Source: Phoronis australis
Lineage: Eukaryota; Animalia; Phoronida
DNA: 64,000 bases
Reading direction: 5' to 3'
Assembly: GCA_002633005.1 (NCBI GenBank)
Contig: NMRA01000843.1
Span: 15,230-79,229 of the forward strand
The notes beneath the pieces are model-generated. The model was not told the origin of the DNA and searched no databases. It was given only the letters and a program-made list of their open reading frames with translations. The position numbers and the translations under genes were made by a program. Position 1 is the first letter of the stretch. Each line of letters opens with the position of its first letter. Below are positions 38,934 to 52,860 of this stretch, in pieces.

Positions 38934-41900
38934 TTCAAGCTAAACACGAAAACAACATCAAACACTTTCCAGATATAAATACTGTTTTCAAAACACAAAG
39001 GAATATTGCTCATTTATAAACAAAATGCGACCAACGAACAGAATGTTATTAAATCACCAGCTAGGAATCACAAAGCACAGCCTGTGTGCTTTATTCTTGG
39101 ATAACTTCAAAAATATAGGATGTGCCATCTGAATACGAACAGTCCACATCAACTGACTAATTTCCAAGAGCTCGTTGCACAAGTCGGACATTTGCTAAAA
39201 AACAATGATATAAGCTACAGTCTAAAATGTACCGATCATATAACAAATAGCAAAATATTTAAACAAATATAAAAGACATGTCTCCTACAACTACTCATTT
39301 ATTCAAAAAAATTTTACTTACAAATTGAAAAATGAATTTCATGTTTTACATTTAATTTCTAGATGTGACACGCTCGTTTGACGTGGTTTCACATGACCAC
39401 CCATGAGCTCTTCTTGCTCTTAAGGAATATCGTTCACTCTGCACACACTATTTACTTCATATTACCCCCAATCGAGTAGTACAACTAGACGGTGTGTTTT
39501 CAACACCCCTAACCCCGGTGTTGTCAACGTAGAGTTCGCAAGTGTCTTGGGGCCTCTGTTGTTTCTGCTCTACATCAGTGTGATTCCTTCAGACATCAGC
39601 TCGAAAACTTCATTTATATGCTGATGAAACAGCCATATTTAATCCTAGGTACCCGAATTAAACACGGACCCATTTTCCTATGAACTTGAATGGTGAAATT
39701 ATTCTAAAAAAACATTCGCACAGAAATTTAGGCATTATAAGACACGATTAACTTTCGTTTGTACCACACTGCGGGCAAAAAAATGAAATTTTAATCAACC
39801 TAAGCCTATTGAAAATTTAAACTCTTTGAACGCATTTTATATCATTTTGTACACCCCATTTTGACTTTGGTGACATAATATACCAAACAGTAGGACGTTT
39901 GGTTCAGCTGGACAGATAACAATATCAGGCTGATATAGCCATTACTGTTGTTATAAAAATTTCACATACAATAAAAAAATCTAAACTAGTCCAAACTGTT
40001 AATGCAATGAAAACTTCATTGAAATGTTTAAACACATAAAACTCTAAACAAGGTAAATAATATATTCAATTAAAAAACTTTCGAAAAACGCTAAATCAGG
40101 TCGACGTTCGATAATATTTATCTTAGTTCAACCGTCTCACATTCGAGTCATTCTTAAATCCACAATAATCATTTGCATAGTGACAAGGAACACACTTCCA
40201 ACCGATATGATAAATAGCAATTCCGTATCATTACTAAAGTCTAATTTTCATGAATACTTTTTAAAAAAATATTAGTCCAAGAGTTACATTCAGCCATACA
40301 CATCGTGCAAAACGATATTTTCTGAACAGATTTTGATCAAGATTATTGTTGAACTCTGAAAAATTCAGGTACGGTTTTCAGAATTTGTCTTCCTTACGCA
40401 AATGTGAAACTACACAAAGCGGTCTGTTTCTAATTGTTCGTACTGTCATGGATTGTTTGCGTGGTCGTTTTTCGGGACCCTAAAGGGTGTCAAAGATATG
40501 AAAGACAAAATAACAGCGTTCCATGGGAGATTGATGAATACGCGTTTCTAACAACTGGATCTGCTCATAACTGTCCGAATGGTGTCAATCAATGAAGTTG
40601 CCAATTTCCTCCATGTGTGCATGGCTTTATACAAAAATACAGTAGGTCTGCTAATCACATCACTTTGTCAAAGTTTGATTGTGTTTTTCTTACCAACATA
40701 TCTGTGTTCACTAATAATGTAAATTTCAAAAAACTACTTCAATATCGATAACTTGGGTAGCTGAATGGGTACATATCATTATTACTGTTTTACATTGTTT
40801 CTATAAGTCACTTCTTCATTGTTTACCTGTTGCTCAGGTAAATGGGTATCTATTGTATTTACCTAATGTCGTGAAATAAAAATAGTTTACCTTGTCGAGC
40901 GAATTATTTTAGACAGTGTGCAAAAGAGGCGATGTCAAAAATATGTGGAGACAAATAATTCCCCTTGCAACGGTCCGATCACTTTTACTACATACAAACA
41001 TGTTGAAGTTTAACCTCTCTACAAAGTTGTATCAATATAACATTTCACGACTAGACCACTTCTACTTGGGCTGGTCTTTAATAAAACACGACGAGTAATA
41101 TCAAAATAAGGTGAAAGTACAATGACTCGGGCCTGATTTTTGAGTCCGCGATTTCAAAAACTCTGAAATCTCGGAAACCACAAAAAATCAACTTGAATGG
41201 CCAATTATACGAAACTTCGAGTACTTGCCGCTAATTACGCTTAGAGGGAATAATACCATAGATTCTAGTCTGAGCTCTTGGAAAAAAACAACGTTCTATG
41301 TAGTATTTTGTAGTCATTCATTCACTCAAACGTCAACTGATATGAAATAAGGTGATGCACTGATGCCGTATTTTCCTTACAAGCCTCAACGATATCGCAA
41401 TGCAGGTCAAAGGTTGGTGGGGGGTGTATGGTGAGGTCGACACGAGGTGTGACCGAGGCTATAAAGCGGAACACTTACCTTTGGTAAACCGTCCTGATCA
41501 ATTAACGGGGCATTAAATCATTGAATTAAGTAAAAAACAAATTTGGATTTCGAACACTTACCATTACTTACTTAGTTGACCGCACATTTACATCAATTAT
41601 GCTATATTTGGCCAAAGGTAGGTGGGGGGAATATGTTTCTCGCCAATCCTGTTTTGGTAAAAATACACCACGCGTTGCTACATAACACTGAGCCAAAATT
41701 CGACGTTTACAAATTTAACCTTTTTGGAACTCGTTAATTATGTTTTAAAAGTGCGGTTTAATGCTTAATTATATTTTGTTTTTGATCAAAAAGCAACAAA
41801 AGTTTGTTTCAGTAGCTCATGGTGACCGAGAGGAACATTTACAATTTGTTTTCTCTGAATGCACAAATTTCGCAAAGTGATCAGATTGAGAAATGCAATT

Positions 41901-42618
41901 TTATCTTAATGCCGCCGCAATTCAAGAAATACATACATGTATGAAGGCGTGTTACGTCAAACCAAACAACAAAAGAATGTGTTGGAATTTGATTGTAATT
42001 AACAGGAAATATTTTCAAGAAGCCGAAAGTCACTTGTTTGACATTTTTAGACGACATTTCTCGGTCAACAATACTTTCTTTAACTTCCACTAACAGTGTC
42101 ACGTGACCAGTAAATGACCATTTTGATCATTACACTGAAATGTGACACGGTTATGACACCGCGGCCGTATAAAGACTTCTGCGGCATGACTTGAAGTTAT
42201 TTTTTAGTTTACTGTGACTTGCTTCACCGATAATCCCTGCTTTCAATGTCCTTGAAATTTACAAAGTCGGTGGGAAATCGGGAATGCCCAAGACTTCTAA
42301 TCGTCATTATATTTTATGTGAACGGATTTTCATTTGGTACTCCACTGTCGTAGCGACACAAGGGCTATTGAAAGAGACAGAGAATTGGCTATTTTTATGC
42401 TCTATTAAAATGCTGTTACTTAGAAACAGATTTTTTGTGAAGACTACGCGTTAACGTAATCGTTCAAAAGACATCAACATCCCACGCCCCCGAGGTGAAC
42501 AGTGGTTCACACTCACCGGCCAACACAGTCTGATAAAGAATAAATCTACTCATCAGAACTATGCTGACATGATTGAGTGATAGTGTTCCCGTCTGAAATA
42601 TCACAACAGGGTCAGGTA
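38934..42618. repeat. Copy 1 of a ~3.7-kb duplication (copy 2 at 43794-48661)
   Basis: Co-linear near-identity. Copy 1 has ~410 bp (41553-41963) absent from copy 2, copy 2 has ~1.55 kb (46507-48050) absent from copy 1, and an N-gap separates the copies. Confidence 0.9.
39400..40450 (+). mobile_element. Degraded CR1/L2-clade LINE RT relic (second copy at ~44260-45310)
   Basis: SVLGPLLFLLYIS / LHLYADET (YADD box) / HRNLGII / PHFDFGDIIY motifs in order, frameshifted. Confidence 0.75.
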
Positions 42619-43495
42619 NNNNNNNNNNNNNNNNNNNNNNNNNNNNNNNNNNNNNNNNNNNNNNNNNNNNNNNNNNNNNNNNNNNNNNNNNNNNNNNNNN
42701 NNNNNNNNNNNNNNNNNNNNNNNNNNNNNNNNNNNNNNNNNNNNNNNNNNNNNNNNNNNNNNNNNNNNNNNNNNNNNNNNNNNNNNNNNNNNNNNNNNNN
42801 NNNNNNNNNNNNNNNNNNNNNNNNNNNNNNNNNNNNNNNNNNNNNNNNNNNNNNNNNNNNNNNNNNNNNNNNNNNNNNNNNNNNNNNNNNNNNNNNNNNN
42901 NNNNNNNNNNNNNNNNNNNNNNNNNNNNNNNNNNNNNNNNNNNNNNNNNNNNNNNNNNNNNNNNNNNNNNNNNNNNNNNNNNNNNNNNNNNNNNNNNNNN
43001 NNNNNNNNNNNNNNNNNNNNNNNNNNNNNNNNNNNNNNNNNNNNNNNNNNNNNNNNNNNNNNNNNNNNNNNNNNNNNNNNNNNNNNNNNNNNNNNNNNNN
43101 NNNNNNNNNNNNNNNNNNNNNNNNNNNNNNNNNNNNNNNNNNNNNNNNNNNNNNNNNNNNNNNNNNNNNNNNNNNNNNNNNNNNNNNNNNNNNNNNNNNN
43201 NNNNNNNNNNNNNNNNNNNNNNNNNNNNNNNNNNNNNNNNNNNNNNNNNNNNNNNNNNNNNNNNNNNNNNNNNNNNNNNNNNNNNNNNNNNNNNNNNNNN
43301 NNNNNNNNNNNNNNNNNNNNNNNNNNNNNNNNNNNNNNNNNNNNNNNNNNNNNNNNNNNNNNNNNNNNNNNNNNNNNNNNNNNNNNNNNNNNNNNNNNNN
43401 NNNNNNNNNNNNNNNNNNNNNNNNNNNNCCCGTTTGAAATACACTGAAGTAACGAAATGAGTACAGAAAGCGAATGGAAGTATTGTAGCCCCTAG

Positions 43496-43687
43496 ATGGC
43501 CCCGCGTTGGTTTGAATGCGCTAAATCTCCCCTTACTCCCAGCTCTCCTAATGTTGTTTATCCATTTTTCACGAAATTCTTGGCTTGCAGGGAACTCATA
43601 AAAATTCAGATTTTTATCTCTCTTGTTGTTTTTGAAGCAGCCAGGAACACAACAAGTGTATTCGCCGTAAGTTTTCTTCGCGCTCAT
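43496..43687 (-). mobile_element. Truncated THAP zinc-finger ORF (probably transposon-derived)
   Basis: MSAKKTYGEYTCCVPGCFKN..LNFYEFP..REKWINNIRR..FKPTRGH is a THAP N-half. It is cut before CxxHF by a repeat that also occurs at 61201-61262. Confidence 0.8.
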
Positions 43688-43793
43688 ACCGCTTATTATG
43701 CTTGTTACTATGGCCGCTTTCGGAATCCTGACCACAGCACCCACAATGCACCATTTTAACCTAATTTCAACATGGCGTCGCTGCAAATCCGCT

Positions 43794-46700
43794 ATTCAAG
43801 CTAAACACGAAAACAACATCAAACACTTTCCAGATATAAATACTGTTTTCAAAACACAAAGGAATATTGTTCATTTATGAACAAAATGCGACCAACGAAC
43901 AGAATGTTATTAAATCACCAGCTAGGAATCACAAAGCACAGCCTGTTTGCTTTATTCTTGGATAACTTCAAAAATATAGGATGTGCCACCTGAATACGAA
44001 CAGTCCACATCAACTGACTAATTTCCAAGAGCTCGTTGCACAAGTCGGACATTTGCTAAAAAACAATGATATAAGCTACAGTCTAAAATGTACCGATCAT
44101 ATAACAAATAGCAAAATATTTAAACTACATCTGCAAATATAAAAGACATGTCTCCTACAACTACTCATTTATTCAAAAAAATTTTACTTACAAATTGAAA
44201 AATGAATTTCATGTTTTACATTTAATTTCTAGATGTGACATGCTCGTTTGACATGGTTTCACATGACCACCCATGAGCTCTTCTTGCTCTTAAGGAATAT
44301 CGTTCACTCTGCACACACTATTTACTTCATATCCCCCCAATCGAGTAGTACAACTAGACGGTGTGTTTTCAACACCCCTAACCCCGGGGTTGTCAACGTA
44401 GAGTTCGCAAGTGTCTTGGGGCCCCTGTTGTTTCTGCCCTACATCAGTGTGTTTCCTTCAGACATCAGCTCGAAAACTTCATCTATATGCTGATGAAACA
44501 GCCATATTTAATCCTAGGTACCCGAATTAAACACGGACACATTTTCCTATGAGCTTGAATGGTGAAATCATTTAAAAAAAACATTCGCACAGAAATTTAG
44601 GCATTATAAGACACGATTAACTTTCGTTTGTACCACACTGCGGGCAAAAAAAATCAAATTTTAATCAACCTAAGCCTATTGAAAATTTAAACTCTTTGAA
44701 CGCATTCTATATCATTTTGTACACCCCATTTTGACTTTGGTGACATAATTTACCAAAAACTGTAGGACGTTTGGTTCAGCTGGACAGATAACAATATCAG
44801 GCTGATATAGCCATTACTGTTGTTATAAAAATTTCAAATACAATAAAAAATCTAAACTAGTCCAAACTGTTAATGCAATGAAAACTTCATTGAAATGTTT
44901 AAACACATCAAACTCTAAACAAAGTAAATAATATATTCAATTAAAAAGCTTTCGAAAAACGCTAAATCAGGTCGACGTTCGAAAATATTTATCTTAGTTC
45001 AACCGTCTCACATTCGAATCATTCTTAAATCCACAATAATCATTTGCATAATGACACGGAACACACTTCCAACAGATATGATAAAAACAATTCTGTATCA
45101 TTACTAAAGTCTAATTTTCATGAATACTTTTTTAAAAAAAATATTAGTCCAAATAGTTACATTCAGTCATACACATCGTGCAAAACGATATTTTCTGAAC
45201 AGATTTTGATCAAGATTATTGTTGAACTCTGAAAAATTCAGGTACGGTTTTCAGAATTTGTCTTCCTTACGCAAATGTGAAACTGCACAAAGCGGTCTGT
45301 TTCTAATTGTTCGTACTGTCATGGATTGTATGCGTGGTCGTTGTTCGGGACCCCAAAGGGTGTCAAAGATATGAAAGACAAAATAACAGCGTTCCATGGG
45401 AGATTGATGAATACGGGTTTCTAACAACTGGATCTGCTCATAACTATCCCAATGGCGTCAATCAATGAAGTTGCCAATTTCCTCCATGTGTGCATGGCTT
45501 TATACAAAAATGCAGTAGGTCTGCTAATCACATCACTTTGTCAAAGTTTGATTGTGTTTTTCTTACCAACATATCTGTGTTCACTAATAATATAAATTTC
45601 AAAAAACTATTTCAATATCGATAACTTGGGTAGCTGAATGGGTACATATCATTATCACTGTTTTACATTGTTTCTATAAGTCACTTCTTAATTGTTTACC
45701 TGTTGCTCAGGTAAATGGGTATCTATTGTATTTATCTAATGTCGTGAAATAAAAATAGTTTACCTTGTCGAACGAATTATTTTAGACGGTGTGCAAAAGA
45801 GGCGATGTCAAAAATATGTGGAGACAAATAATTCCCCTTGCAACGGTCCGACCACTTTTACTACATACAAACATGCTGAAATTTAATCTCTCTACAAAGT
45901 TGTATCAATATAACATTTCACGACTAGACCACTTCTACTTGGGCTGGTATTTAATAAAAATTAGGATTAACACAGTTAAGATATGTACAAAACACGACGA
46001 GTAATATCAAAATAAGGTGAAAGTACAATGACTCGGGCCTGATTTTTGAGTCCGCGATTTCAAAAACTCTGAAATCTCGGAAACCACAAAAAATCAACTT
46101 GAATGGCCAATTATACGAAACTTCGAGTACTTGCCGCTAATTACGCTTAGAGGGAATAATACCATAGGTTCTAGTCTGAGCTCTTGGAAAAAGAACAACG
46201 TTCTATGTAGTATTTTTGTAGTCATTCATTCACTCAAACGTCAACTGATATAAAATAAGGTGATGCACTGACGCCGTATTTTCCTTACAAGCCTCAACGA
46301 TATCGCAATGCAGGTCAAAGGTTGGTGGGGGGTGTATGGTGAGATGGACACGAGGTGTGACCGACGCTATCAAGCGGAACACTTACCTTTGGTAAACCGT
46401 CCTGATCAATTAACGCGGCATTAAATCATTGAATTAAGTCAAAAACAAATTTGGATATCGAAACAACAAAAGAATGTGTTGGAATTTGATTGTAATTAAC
46501 AGGAAACGAATTGGTGAAATTGACTAATCTAAACTGCAATGACAATGGAATGGTTAACATTTTAGATTATTCAACAAAAAGTCATTTAATAACGGTTGCA
46601 GAGAAATGATCTTTTCGAAGTTCGCTTCAGATCTGTGGAGTGTTCAGGTGTGCATACTTACTGCGCCCGATTGTTGGTTGACGTCCCAACCGGCGTCTAA

Positions 46701-48661
46701 ATGTTGCCGTATAGTTGCACAATCGTTATCATTTACGGCTTCGCTAATCTGAAAATAACAACAAATTAATATGAATTATACATCACACAGTGTTTTATGT
46801 GCCATCATTATAGAGTCATACAACTGTTCCACATTTACCAGTGACCTTAACATTATTTCAACTTTCCCGCAATCACGAAATTATCTTGTACAGTTCAAAA
46901 TGCGGACAGTTCCTTGAGAGTGACAAATTTAGACGCAATTTCAGGGATACTACACTATTTTGTCACTATGGTAACTTTCATTGATTTTGCATTTCGTTCA
47001 TACCGTCTTTGACTGCACACTCATAATAGAACAGAGCTTTCAAGACACTCGAACAATACCATTCGCAACGCTTTTCCCGAATTCCCTAATTTTCAAAACG
47101 TTATTTAGTTTCAATTTCATAACGGGGTCATTTATTGCTTAAACTGATATAGTTTAGTTCTGAATTCATAAAATACCGTATTTGTACTCCATGTCTGTAT
47201 AACATGTAATCACTCTTCATCATTACATTCATGATATTGTATAACAGTTAAAGTTGAAATCTTTACCAACTGTTACAGTTATAATGTTAATCCGTATATT
47301 TCATTGACATTCTTGCTGCATTTGTACATGTATATTTCAATATATATGTAATTATGTGCATTCCTGTGTATATGAAGATATCAGTGTAATATTTTTGACA
47401 GTCGGGTGTAATGCTTTTCAACGCCTCTTGGGCTTAACTCTTGTCCTTGTACATTGTAGTTGTTATAATAAATATTAGAAACAATATGGAGTCATCTTTA
47501 CAAGCCGGGAACTCCTTAAATCAACGTACGTATAGGGTACACAGGGTGTCGTACTTGAACCTTTTCTTTGGCAAGGCAAAGACAACGCTGTGCGAAATAA
47601 TTTTCACGCCAGGTAAAAACTGTGGACTACCAAAATGTCATAACGCATGCAGCAGTGTAGCATCGGTGTTGTAAATAACTTATATCAAGGTAAAGAAAAG
47701 CCGCAGTGTTAAAGCTCTTACCGGGCAGAGTAAGAAGTGCGTACTACAAAATGCTTATAATACAGTGTAGTGCCAGCGTGGTAAAGAAGTGATATCAATA
47801 TATCAATTGACAATTAACATATGCCAAAAAACACAAATACGGTTACGGTTTTGGCACGCATTACTTTTTGAAACTCCACTTAAAAACAATGAAGAAAAAG
47901 TAGTAGATCATCTGTTTTGCGAAATCTATTTTATCGTACATTTTTAAAAAAATCACTCTACATATTACACATATTATGCTAAACCACACCTGTTATCATA
48001 CGGGTGTTATCATACGGGTGATATTAATGGCCGATGTTTTTGCTGTAAGTAAATATTTCAAGAAGCCGAAAGTCACTTGTTTGACATTTTTAGACGACAT
48101 TTCTCGGTCAACAATACTTTCTTTAACTTCCACTAACAGTGTCACGTGACCAGTAAATGACCTTTTTGATCATTACACTGAAATGTGACACGGTTATGAC
48201 ACCGTGGCCGTATAAAGACTTCTGCAGCATGACTTGAAGTTATTTTTTAGTTTACGGTGACTTGCTTCACCGATAATCCCTGCTTTCAATGTCCTTGAAA
48301 TTTACAAAGTCGGTGGGAAATCGGGAATGCCCCAAGACTTCTAATCGTCATTATATTTTATGTGAACGGATACCCATTTGGTACTCCACTGTCGTAGCGA
48401 CACAAGGGCTATTGAAAGAGACAGAGAATTGGCTATTTTTATGCTCTATTAAAATGCTGTTACTTAGAAACAGATTTTTTGTGAAGACTGCGCGTTAACG
48501 TAATCGTTCAAAAGACATCAACATCCCACGCCCCCGAGGTGAACAGTGGTTCACACTCACCGGCCAACACAGTCTGATAAAGAATAAATCTACTCATCAG
48601 AACTATGCTGACATGATTGAGTGATAGTGTTCCCGTCTGAAATATCACAACAGGGTCAGGT
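43794..48661. repeat. Copy 2 of the duplication of 38934-42618
   Basis: See copy 1; near-identical spurious ORFs occur at 40916/45789 and 42464/48508. Confidence 0.9.
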
Positions 48662-48937
48662 ACAGTGCTGTAGTGGGGCGTAGGCGCAGCCAACCACCTT
48701 TTGGTATCTGAATGTAACGCCTACGTACCGCAAGTTACGTTCAGTGTTCAAAGTGATACAGAGGGCTTTGGGCGGCCACTTACCTCTAATTTTACCACTA
48801 CTGCACTGTTCAGGTACGAATGAGAAAGCAACAAACCATTCACTATCCTAGGAATACTAGAAGGTTGGGTTTAAAGTGACTGAGCTCGTTTAACACGAAA
48901 GTCAAAGCGGACCATTTTACACACAAGTTCACTATTA

Positions 48938-50026
48938 TCCTGTATCAACACAGTCATCCCCTGTCCTGTATCAGCACAGTCATCCCCTGTCCTGTATCAA
49001 CACAGTCATCCCCTGTCCTGTATCAACACAGTCATCCCCTGTCCTGTATCACAGTCATCCCCTGTCCTGTATCAACACAGTCATCCCCTGTCCTGTATCA
49101 ACACCGTCATCCCCTGTCCTGTATCAACACAGTCATCCCCTGTCCTGTATCAACACAGTCATCCCCTGTCCTGTATCAACACAGTCATCCCCTGTCCTGT
49201 ATCAACACAGTCATCCCCTGTCCTGTATCAACACAGTCATCCCCTGTCCTGTATCAACACAGTCATCCCCTGTCCTGTATCAACACAGTCATCCCCTGTC
49301 CTGTATCAACACAGTCATCCCCTGTCCTGTATCAGCACAGTCATCCCCTGTCCTGTATCAGCACAGTCATCCCTTGTCCTGTATCAACACAGTCATCCCC
49401 TGTCCTGTATCAGCACAGTCATCCCCTGTCCTGTATCAGCACAGTCATCCCTTGTCCTGTATCAACACAGTCATCCCCTGTCCTGTATCAGCACAGTCAT
49501 CCCCTGTCCTGTATCAGCACAGTCATCCCTTGTCCTGTATCAACACAGTCATCCCCTGTCCTGTATCAGCACAGTCATCCCCTGTCCTGTATCAGCACAG
49601 TCATCCCTTGTCCTGTATCAACACAGTCATCCCCTGTCCTGTATCAGCACAGTCATCCCCTGTCCTGTATCAGCACAGTCATCCCTTGTCCTGTATCAAC
49701 ACAGTCATCCCCTGTCCTGTATCAGCACAGTCATCCCCTGTCCTGTATCAGCACAGTCATCCCTTGTCCTGTATCAACACAGTCATCCCCTGTCCTGTAT
49801 CAGCACAGTCATCCCCTGTCCTGTATCAGCACAGTCATCCCCTGTCCTGTATCAACACAGTCATCCCCTGTCCTGTATCAGCACAGTCATCCCCTGTCCT
49901 GTATCAGCACAGTCATCCCTTGTCCTGTATCAACACAGTCATCCCCTGTCCTGTATCAACACAGTCATCCCCTGTCCTGTATCAGCACAGTCATCCCCTG
50001 TTCTGTATCAACACAGTCATCCCCTG
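48938..50026. repeat. 26-bp minisatellite, ~42 copies, with a 78-bp trimeric higher-order block
   Basis: Unit tcctgtatca(a/g)cacagtcatccc(c/t)tg. Confidence 0.97.
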
Positions 50027-51339
50027 CCCAAATAAAGATGTAAGAAAATGAGTTTTTGTAGGAGACGAATAAGTAAACTCAAGTTAGAAAGAGGAACTCT
50101 TACGACGACAGTGATTCTTCCAAAACGACATTAATTCGCACTGGGCCTATGTTGTCCATTTCCACCATTTTGCTGCGATCATTTTTTTATTTTTACGTCC
50201 ATGCCATAGTGATCCTGATAAAAGTATAGGTTGGAAATAAGATCATTTTATTTTCCAAAATGGTGGCTTAATGCTTTCGTTAAATCTTATTTGTTAGCTT
50301 GAGAATTGTATCCCTGGACCTCGGATTATTCTGAAATGTATAGTTGAAGCAATTTAATCCATACATTTGGACCAAATTCCAGTTCCTCACTGAGTAATTA
50401 CCTTTCCTCAATTAAATTCGGAAATTTGTTTATCTATATCGCTGTAAAAGTCTCAATCGCATGTATTCTGCCAACAAATTTTTTTTAATATATTCACCAG
50501 AATATTTTCCCCAAGGAATACTTTAATATTTATATAATATCTATTACCACAATGTATTGTAAGAAATAGAAACATTAAGGCACACTTAGGTTCAGATTCT
50601 ATGTATGTTTTAAGAAATACAGCATCCTTCATTCAACAAGCAGTGGCAATTAGGAGCGAAATTATGAATATTTCGGATATAATGGCGAGATTATACTGTT
50701 TATATATTAATATGTTGAACTGTGGGCCAGTGGCCCTATGAGTCGTGATAGTAAATGTATTCAATCTATCCTCGGGGTTTGCTGAACTGAACATCATCAT
50801 TTACAATCTTCCTAAGCAGACGTTAGTCACTCCGATAATCATTAGACACACATGAGAGGCAATCCCAGATACGAAGTATCCATCGCTCCAAAGTTTGACT
50901 AGTTATACCTCAAGAGGGCGCCCCAGATTCATTTCGCATCCAATGTTAAAGTCCACTGAGCATGGGACAAGTGGTTATACAAATTCTTCTGTCGATAAGC
51001 CAGTCAAGGGCAGTGTAAGCTAATGCCTGTATGCTGGTAACTAAAGGTCACGTGGTTCAACAAAATGGGAAGTTTTTGGGTCATTGGTATCGCAGGATTT
51101 TTTACGAAAATAAAGGAAGAAAAAAGTATATTCGCACAAAAAACTCAACACCTGGAATGCTATCTCTAGCACGTGACCTATACATTCTGTTATTAGAGCT
51201 TACGACCCCGAGACTAACCGCGGGAGTTTTTTCCTGAGAATTTCCTGCCGCCTGCTTGACTGAGTTTTGATAGAGAGTTGTAGTTATAAAGCAAACCTAA
51301 TTCCAAATGTTTATTTGTAATTTGTTTTATTGCCATCTT

Positions 51340-52860
51340 TTATTGTTATTTACCAGAGACCATTTTCTTTAGAAACATAACAATCGTAGAAATGTGTTCC
51401 ATTTTGTGTATCATGATTATTAGTTTTTTACTTTCTCAAGAAAAATTTTATTTCTAAACGTTTATAGAAATCCTACACTGCAACTAATGTGATGAGTATC
51501 CAGGGACCTTTACAATTCTACCTTATAGATGCTTGCCCAGTTTTATCTATCAGAAAACTTTTACCTGCAATTTTTTGATAAACAGTTGAAGTAATTTATC
51601 AATATTTTCCTAAATGTCGCTGCATTCTGAATTTCTAAAAAACAGTGTAATTCTATCAAACGTCACCAAAGATTCAATTAGTTATAATATATAAAAATGC
51701 ATAATTTTGGATGAAAGCCTGACTAAATTATCTACTTCAAATATGAGGGATCCATTTTGTAAAATCTCTGTCTTTCTAGGGTAGAAATCTTTTGAACCAT
51801 TGAAATTATTTCCCTAATATCCTGTTCATGTATAAAACCTCTGTGTTCACTTCCTTTTTATATCACTAATACACGCTAATATTTTTCGCATTTTGGTAAT
51901 AGGCTTCTCTTGCTTTTTAAAATTGAAAAATATTTTTAAATCAGTCAGGTATTGGAAACAAAAATTAAGTCATTTATCTTTTGTCACTGGTACAATCATC
52001 AAGAAGTGACAAAGGGTTTTCTAATGATATGACTCTTATGCAATTCCATTGAAAAACGGCGGAGTTGCGAAAAGTAAATTCCATAGCAAATACACACACC
52101 AGTACAAACAAATATTACAAAAAACGCCCACGTTAGACCCCAGGGGCCGCGAGATCTGAGTTGACATTCCAGGGCAAGAGTTCTATGCTTCAGGCTACTT
52201 CTCGTGATATCCTGAATTACAAAATTGTCTTAAATTGTATATCGTTCCTAAAACGAGCGTGATATAAAATTAACAATACTTACTGAAGTGAAAGAACACA
52301 AAAACGAAAGTATCGCCGCATTTTCTTCGAAAAAGATAAATCGAGACTTAATTGAAAAAATAGTCACCTATATCCAATTTCAAACATTTATAGAGTTCTT
52401 ATATTGCTAAACTGTTGCAAAAGGTGAACTCATTAATTGAGCTGTTTTAGGAATCAAGAGATAAAAACGCTGTTGTCAATGAATTCCTAAACAGACTAGG
52501 CTCCGAAAGGTAAGATCTTTCCATGGTAGCCGCTGCCCTGCAAATCAACCCTTTTCGAGTCCAAACTTTAAGTGGGTATCCTAATTTTTCACCCCAATTA
52601 CACAATGTCACTAGTGGAGCACCAACTCTATCACTTGTGACTGATAAACAAACGGGTGAAAGAAACCGAGGAACCATCCAGTCTGATCGAATTTGTACAC
52701 AGTTTTACAAATAATGATAACAATATTGGCTATAACAAGCAGTTGATTCCTATACACTTATACTTTTGTAAAAATTTGATGGCTTGTCCACCAGGCATTT
52801 TAACGTTTATTGACGAACAAAGCCATACCACTACTTTGTAAAAATCAGAGTTCACAATTC
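51340..52860 (-). mobile_element. Heavily decayed L1/Tx1-like LINE relic
   Basis: Minus-strand remnants NWASIY..SLDT and MEHI(F)YDC (zf-RVT-like) at ~51540-51380, and GMALFV near 52830. A further FGPNVWIKLL remnant lies near 50380-50345. Confidence 0.4.

Noticed and set aside
49374-50051. 225-aa Cys/His-rich repeat ORF
   Set aside because: Translation of the 26-bp minisatellite.
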